A DNA stretch of 64,000 nt from contig CAWCNY010000002.1 in the NCBI GenBank assembly GCA_963797095.1, positions 960,001 to 1,024,000 of the forward strand, read 5' to 3'. The notes beneath the pieces were generated by a model. That model was given only the letters and a program-made list of their open reading frames with translations. It did not search any database and had not been told where the DNA came from. The stretch comes from an uncultured Chloroflexia bacterium (GTDB lineage Bacteria > Chloroflexota > Chloroflexia > QHBQ01 > JADMIH01). Positions 59,932 through 64,000 of the stretch are shown in pieces. The stretch's first letter is position 1. Each line of letters opens with the position of its first letter. Position numbers and translations under genes: made by a program.

Positions 59932-60411
59932 GTGACTTACGACGTTTCATCCCCCCAGGACGAATGGGCTGCGTTTCGAGTTGGGCAAGGGGTCTTGCTC
60001 GATGGGGAGCGCGTGCTTCTTTGCGGAAACAGGTGGTTCTCCGGTAAGCCTCTTGTGTGGACTTTGCCGGGAGGGCGCGCCGAGGATGGGGAAGGGGTCG
60101 CAGAGGCTCTTGTGCGCGAGTTCAGGGAAGAGACAGGCCTGGATGTAGAGGTGGGCGACCTGGCATACGTGGCCGAATCGAGGAGCGTGGTCCAGAGGAA
60201 GACTTATTTGGTTTGTGCGTTCTCGGTGCGGCGGTTGGGCGGCACGCTCCAATGCGATGGCGATCCGGCAGTGGAGGAGTTGCGCTGGGTTTCCCTTGAG
60301 GAACTGGATCAATTTGTCACCACACCCTCGCTAAGCGGCCCGTTGCGCGATTATCTGGAGCACCCACACGGTAGGGCGCGGTACTGGTTTTTCCCCGAAT
60401 ATACAACCTGA
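59932..60411 (+). CDS. NUDIX hydrolase
   Basis: PGG.AE.GE....AL.REF.EETG. Confidence 0.88.
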   Translation: MTYDVSSPQDEWAAFRVGQGVLLDGERVLLCGNRWFSGKPLVWTLPGGRAEDGEGVAEALVREFREETGLDVEVGDLAYVAESRSVVQRKTYLVCAFSVRRLGGTLQCDGDPAVEELRWVSLEELDQFVTTPSLSGPLRDYLEHPHGRARYWFFPEYTT

Positions 60412-60472
60412 GTTATTGCTTATAGGGCTGCGATAACCGGCAAAGACAGAGGGCATATGAAGAGAGGAGGCT

Positions 60473-60613
60473 TTATGCCTCCTCCAGTTCTTCCATCTCC
60501 TCTTCGGGGCCGAGCAGCCTGTTTGTCAGGTAGCCTGCCAGCCAGGTAGCTATTGTGGTGAGTACCAGGGTCAAAATGCCTTTGACCAGTCTTCGTGTAA
60601 CATCTTCATCCAT
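60473..60613 (-). CDS. 46-aa single-TM protein
   Basis: GAGGAGG RBS; MDEDVTRRLVKGILTLVL... Confidence 0.55.
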   Translation of the reverse strand: MDEDVTRRLVKGILTLVLTTIATWLAGYLTNRLLGPEEEMEELEEA

Positions 60614-60657
60614 TGGCGTGTAAGCCTCCTCTCGTTGTGTTGCGATTGGCCTGTGGT

Positions 60658-61575
60658 CTAGTGCTCCGGGAGCCAGGGACTGGTTCTTTGTTTCTTCTGA
60701 TCGCTTGCTCCTGCGTGCTCGACCGCCGCCAGAACGCGCAATCGCCGCACCTCGGCGGTTTCGGCTGTGAATTCGGCTCCGGCCAATATTATAAGCGATG
60801 AGAGGTAGATCCATGTAAGAAGGGCCACTACTGCGCCCAGAGTGCCATATACGGCGTCGTAGTTGGCGAAGTTGGAACCCAGGTAATAGGCGAAACCCTC
60901 TTTTACCAGGCCCCAGGCAATTGCCGCCAGTAACGCCCCCAGCCATACGTCACGGTAGGTCACGTCCATTCGCGGCAGGAGGCGATACATCAAGACGAAC
61001 ACCACAAAGATGATCGCCAGGGTACTGCCGAAGTTGATCAACTGCCACAGGATGTTTTCGCCGGGCACATGCCCGATAAGTTGGGCGGCGACTGCCCTGC
61101 CCGCAGCCAGGATAGAGGTAATCACGAGCGATGCAACCACCACTGCTGCCAGCACCGCCATCATGCCGAAGCCTATCAGCTTGCTTACAAAGAAGGTAGG
61201 ATATTTCTCGGTGTCCCAGGCGCGATTGATGGCTTTATCGAGCGCATCGAAGGCCCCGGACGCGGACCAGAAGAGGGTAAGCAAGCCGATGAGTGCAAAT
61301 ATGCCGGCATTCGACCGGTTGCTCAAGGCAGCTTCAATTGCATTTGATAGCAATTCGCTGGAACCGGGTATCACCCTGGTAATGTTGTCGTAGATAAGTT
61401 GGCGTGCCTGATCCTCTCCAACAATAAAGCTGAAGATTGTTACGGCGAGGATCAGGAGGGGGAACAGGCTAAAGAACGCGTAATACGTCAGGGCGGCGGC
61501 CATATTGCCGACGTCGTCTCGCCCGAACTCACGCCATGTGGCTCTCGCGATTGTAAGGAACTCTCTGCGGGTCAT
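60658..61575 (-). CDS. YihY/BrkB family membrane protein
   Basis: AAALTYY..FSLFP, YG.LGAV..LL.W.Y.S..I.L.GAE. Confidence 0.9.
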   Translation of the reverse strand: MTRREFLTIARATWREFGRDDVGNMAAALTYYAFFSLFPLLILAVTIFSFIVGEDQARQLIYDNITRVIPGSSELLSNAIEAALSNRSNAGIFALIGLLTLFWSASGAFDALDKAINRAWDTEKYPTFFVSKLIGFGMMAVLAAVVVASLVITSILAAGRAVAAQLIGHVPGENILWQLINFGSTLAIIFVVFVLMYRLLPRMDVTYRDVWLGALLAAIAWGLVKEGFAYYLGSNFANYDAVYGTLGAVVALLTWIYLSSLIILAGAEFTAETAEVRRLRVLAAVEHAGASDQKKQRTSPWLPEH

Positions 61576-61578
61576 TCA

Positions 61579-62079
61579 TCACTCATCACTTGCACTCGTC
61601 ACTCGTCGCTCGTCACTTTTCGGCAAATTCCGTTCGATAATAATGTCGGGATCGCCGCCCATGCGCGCCATCTCATCGGCCATATCGAGGATAATACGCA
61701 CTCCTTCGAGGTTGACTCCACCGCTTGTGAGGTGGCGTATCGACTGAAAACGATTGATATCGTTCTGGGAATAGCGGCGGCGATTGCCCTCGGTGCGGGC
61801 CGGGACCACCAACTGCTTCTCTTCGTAGATACGCAGGGTGCGAGGGTGGAGGCCAAGCAGGTCGGCTGCTACGCTGAGCGTGAAAATCGGCCTGTCCGCG
61901 CTTATTTGTGGTAGCCTGGCGTCTTCCTTGTTTTTGGTTTGCCTGGCACTCTTTGTCGATTCGGATGCGCGCGCTTCACTTCCCCTCACTTGAGTCTCGA
62001 ATTCTTCAGTCTTTGCGTGCCTGCTACTTTCATCTGATCTTTGCTTCTCGCTTCTACGCGGTTGATTATCGGTGAGCAT
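61579..62079 (-). CDS. hspR: HspR-like MerR-family heat-shock repressor with an N-terminal extension
   Basis: F.LSVAA.L.GLHPRTLR.YE...LV.PART.G.RR.YS..D....GVNLEG. Confidence 0.75.
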   Translation of the reverse strand: MLTDNQPRRSEKQRSDESSRHAKTEEFETQVRGSEARASESTKSARQTKNKEDARLPQISADRPIFTLSVAADLLGLHPRTLRIYEEKQLVVPARTEGNRRRYSQNDINRFQSIRHLTSGGVNLEGVRIILDMADEMARMGGDPDIIIERNLPKSDERRVTSASDE

Positions 62080-62473
62080 CTTTAATACCTCTGAGCCATA
62101 CGATGGCTCGTAAAGTTGGCTATAAAGTGGGGAGTAGCACAAACGGTGCCACACCCATCAGCCTTTCGGACAGTGAACACGGCCCATCATGCAAAATCGG
62201 GCATGCAGTAATAACACAAAGAGAGACGACTACATAAATCATCTCGTGCCGGTTTATCGTCTCTTCAATACATTATACACAGAAAAGTACTAAAGGATTA
62301 GTCGAAAACTTGACTTTTGTACCACGATACATGCTAGACTGGGCGAAACCACTTGACGTAACATCCGTCATATCTATATCAACGACATACAAGGCTGAAA
62401 GATGGCGGTCTGCAGGCATGCGAAATGCGGAACTTTGTAGCTTGTAATTTGAGGTTCCGACAGGGGAGGTGGC

Positions 62474-63097
62474 ATGAGGCATAGCTGGCGAATTGTCTTG
62501 AGTGGAGTGATCGGGCTGCTGGTATTGGCGGGGTGCGGGTCGGTGCCGCCTGCAGATGGCGGCATGGGCGGATCGCAGGCTAACGCGCCCGCAGTGGTGG
62601 ACGCGGGATCGGCAGTGCCCACAGTCGAGTCGAAAGCGTCTTCGGATGGAAGCACAACCGAAGACACGGCTTCCTGGAATACCGAGCAGCGCACGGCGGG
62701 TGATGTCACCTATTCTTACAAATATCCGGCGGGTTGGACCCCCGAGCTGACGTACTGCGTGCCGGGAGCGGGTCGCAATGCGATTGGCAACGAACTGCCC
62801 GCCCGGTGCGCGGCTACAGATATTCTGGTGGGGCAGAAAGCCCTCGACGTGGGCACTCTGAGAGGTGGGAATATGACCAACCTGACCATAGACAATAAGC
62901 AGGCTATGCGGCAGGTAGACAGCAAGCCACGTAATGGCATGGCCTCGCTCATTTACACCGTCATGATTTATGACGCTACGGGTGCGCCTCTCGTGGGTTT
63001 TTCGACATCAGTTGGCCCAGGTACGGACCAGGCTACCCAGAACAACATCACGGCTACGCTCGACAAGATTGCGGCAACTTTGACTGCTGGGAGGTAG
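62474..63097 (+). CDS. Lipoprotein of unknown function
   Basis: GGAGG RBS; lipobox LAGC; YP.GW motif. Confidence 0.75.
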   Translation: MRHSWRIVLSGVIGLLVLAGCGSVPPADGGMGGSQANAPAVVDAGSAVPTVESKASSDGSTTEDTASWNTEQRTAGDVTYSYKYPAGWTPELTYCVPGAGRNAIGNELPARCAATDILVGQKALDVGTLRGGNMTNLTIDNKQAMRQVDSKPRNGMASLIYTVMIYDATGAPLVGFSTSVGPGTDQATQNNITATLDKIAATLTAGR

Positions 63098-63104
63098 AGA
63101 CGAA

Positions 63105-64000
63105 TTGCCTACTGTGTACTGGCTGCTGCTCGTCGCCCGCCGTCTGGCAAAGCTGCTCGTCCTGGTTGCGGGGTTGGCAGTTCTCTTCTGGAGCGGGACG
63201 AGCCTCACGCAGGCATCCTTGCCAGCGAGCGGTGGATTGGGCATCGCCACCTCCGGGTGGATAACAACCCTCTTTTTGGAGCCGATCACTTACGAGAACG
63301 CCGACTACTACTACGACCAGAACAACCAGCTACAGTATTCAAGCTATATTTTCCATCATGGCATTGACGTTTCGGGCGGGTGTTACGCGGGGACTTACCC
63401 GGTGTACGCGGCGGCTGACGGCGTAGTGGCGCTGGCGCAGTATATCAATGACGGGTATGGCACGCAGGTAGTGATAGACCACGGCTGGAACGTCGGCGGC
63501 AACGGTCGCTATACCTACACCTTCTACGGGCACATGGGCAACCGGGTGACGGGCGACAGGTATATTGTGGTGTCGCCGGGGCAGTATGTGCACGCGGGGC
63601 AGTTGCTCGGATATCAAGGGAACGATGGCAACGCCTTCGGGTCGTGCCCTCCCGATCCCGGCACTCACCTCGATTGGGAAGTCAGGGTCAGCAATGTGCC
63701 TGTGTCATATAGCACCGCTATGCGGTACAGCGCAATCTCAGCGAGCCATAATTATTACGTAGGCCAGCAATTGACCTACGGCCAGCCAGATCCGGTCACA
63801 TGGGTAAGCGCGGGGCCGTTCCCCGGCGGGCCTACGCCGACGCCCGCGCCTCCTGTCGCCACGCCCACGGTTGGCCCAGGCCCATGCGGGATGCAGTTCT
63901 CCGACCTGCCGCCCGGCCACTGGGCCTACGACTACGTTAACTACCTGTATTGTCGCAACATAGTTACCGGGTTCTCGGACGGCACGTTCAGGCCGAATAC
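63105..64000 (+). CDS. M23 peptidase-domain protein with PT linker and SLH domain (partial; runs off the window end)
   Basis: Translated by hand (not in the ORF track): HHGID, PVYAAADG.V, YGHM, GTHLDWEVR, then FSDLPPGHWAY...GFSDGTFRPN. Confidence 0.85.
   Translation, partial: MPTVYWLLLVARRLAKLLVLVAGLAVLFWSGTSLTQASLPASGGLGIATSGWITTLFLEPITYENADYYYDQNNQLQYSSYIFHHGIDVSGGCYAGTYPVYAAADGVVALAQYINDGYGTQVVIDHGWNVGGNGRYTYTFYGHMGNRVTGDRYIVVSPGQYVHAGQLLGYQGNDGNAFGSCPPDPGTHLDWEVRVSNVPVSYSTAMRYSAISASHNYYVGQQLTYGQPDPVTWVSAGPFPGGPTPTPAPPVATPTVGPGPCGMQFSDLPPGHWAYDYVNYLYCRNIVTGFSDGTFRPN

Noticed and set aside
61989-62009. HAIR-like HspR operator CTTGAGT-N7-TCTTCAG
   Set aside because: The second half-site matches only 4/7 and lies within the predicted coding region.
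62335-62460. Possible c-di-GMP riboswitch upstream of the lipoprotein/M23 genes
   Set aside because: Only a GGGCGAAACC-like fragment; the GAAA tetraloop/receptor and GCAAAGC core are absent.

Overview
A bacterial chromosomal window, most likely Chloroflexota (inferred from Cys-containing SLH domains, LLM/F420-type oxidoreductases, HspR, and the glpX-rho arrangement). About 5-14.6 kb is accessory DNA downstream of tRNA-Asp(GTC). Two copies of the tRNA 3' end, each flanked by a hairpin and fused in frame to a headless HTH-encoding tail, delimit two tandem cassettes with no integrase gene. Each cassette carries one STAND NB-ARC/TPR protein (cyclase-type or BTAD/SARP-type). Two near-identical Mutator-like IS copies (ISKra4/ISLre2 type, 9-bp target duplications) have transposases put out of frame by a variable 15/20-bp tandem repeat, with a different copy number in each. 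The rest is mostly housekeeping and envelope genes: tRNA nucleotidyltransferase, yggS, pgeF, a diguanylate cyclase, SLH surface proteins, tRNA-Ser, glpX, rho, an ApbE/ferric-reductase/PepSY/two-component flavinylation cluster, EVE-McrBC, GT39, an ABC substrate-binding protein, HspR and an M23-SLH protein. Non-coding signals include an 83-bp element present twice in inverted orientation, very strong coding-strand-independent C/G skew domains, heptamer tandem repeats and several REP-like palindromes. All calls come from reading motifs by eye; no database searches were run.
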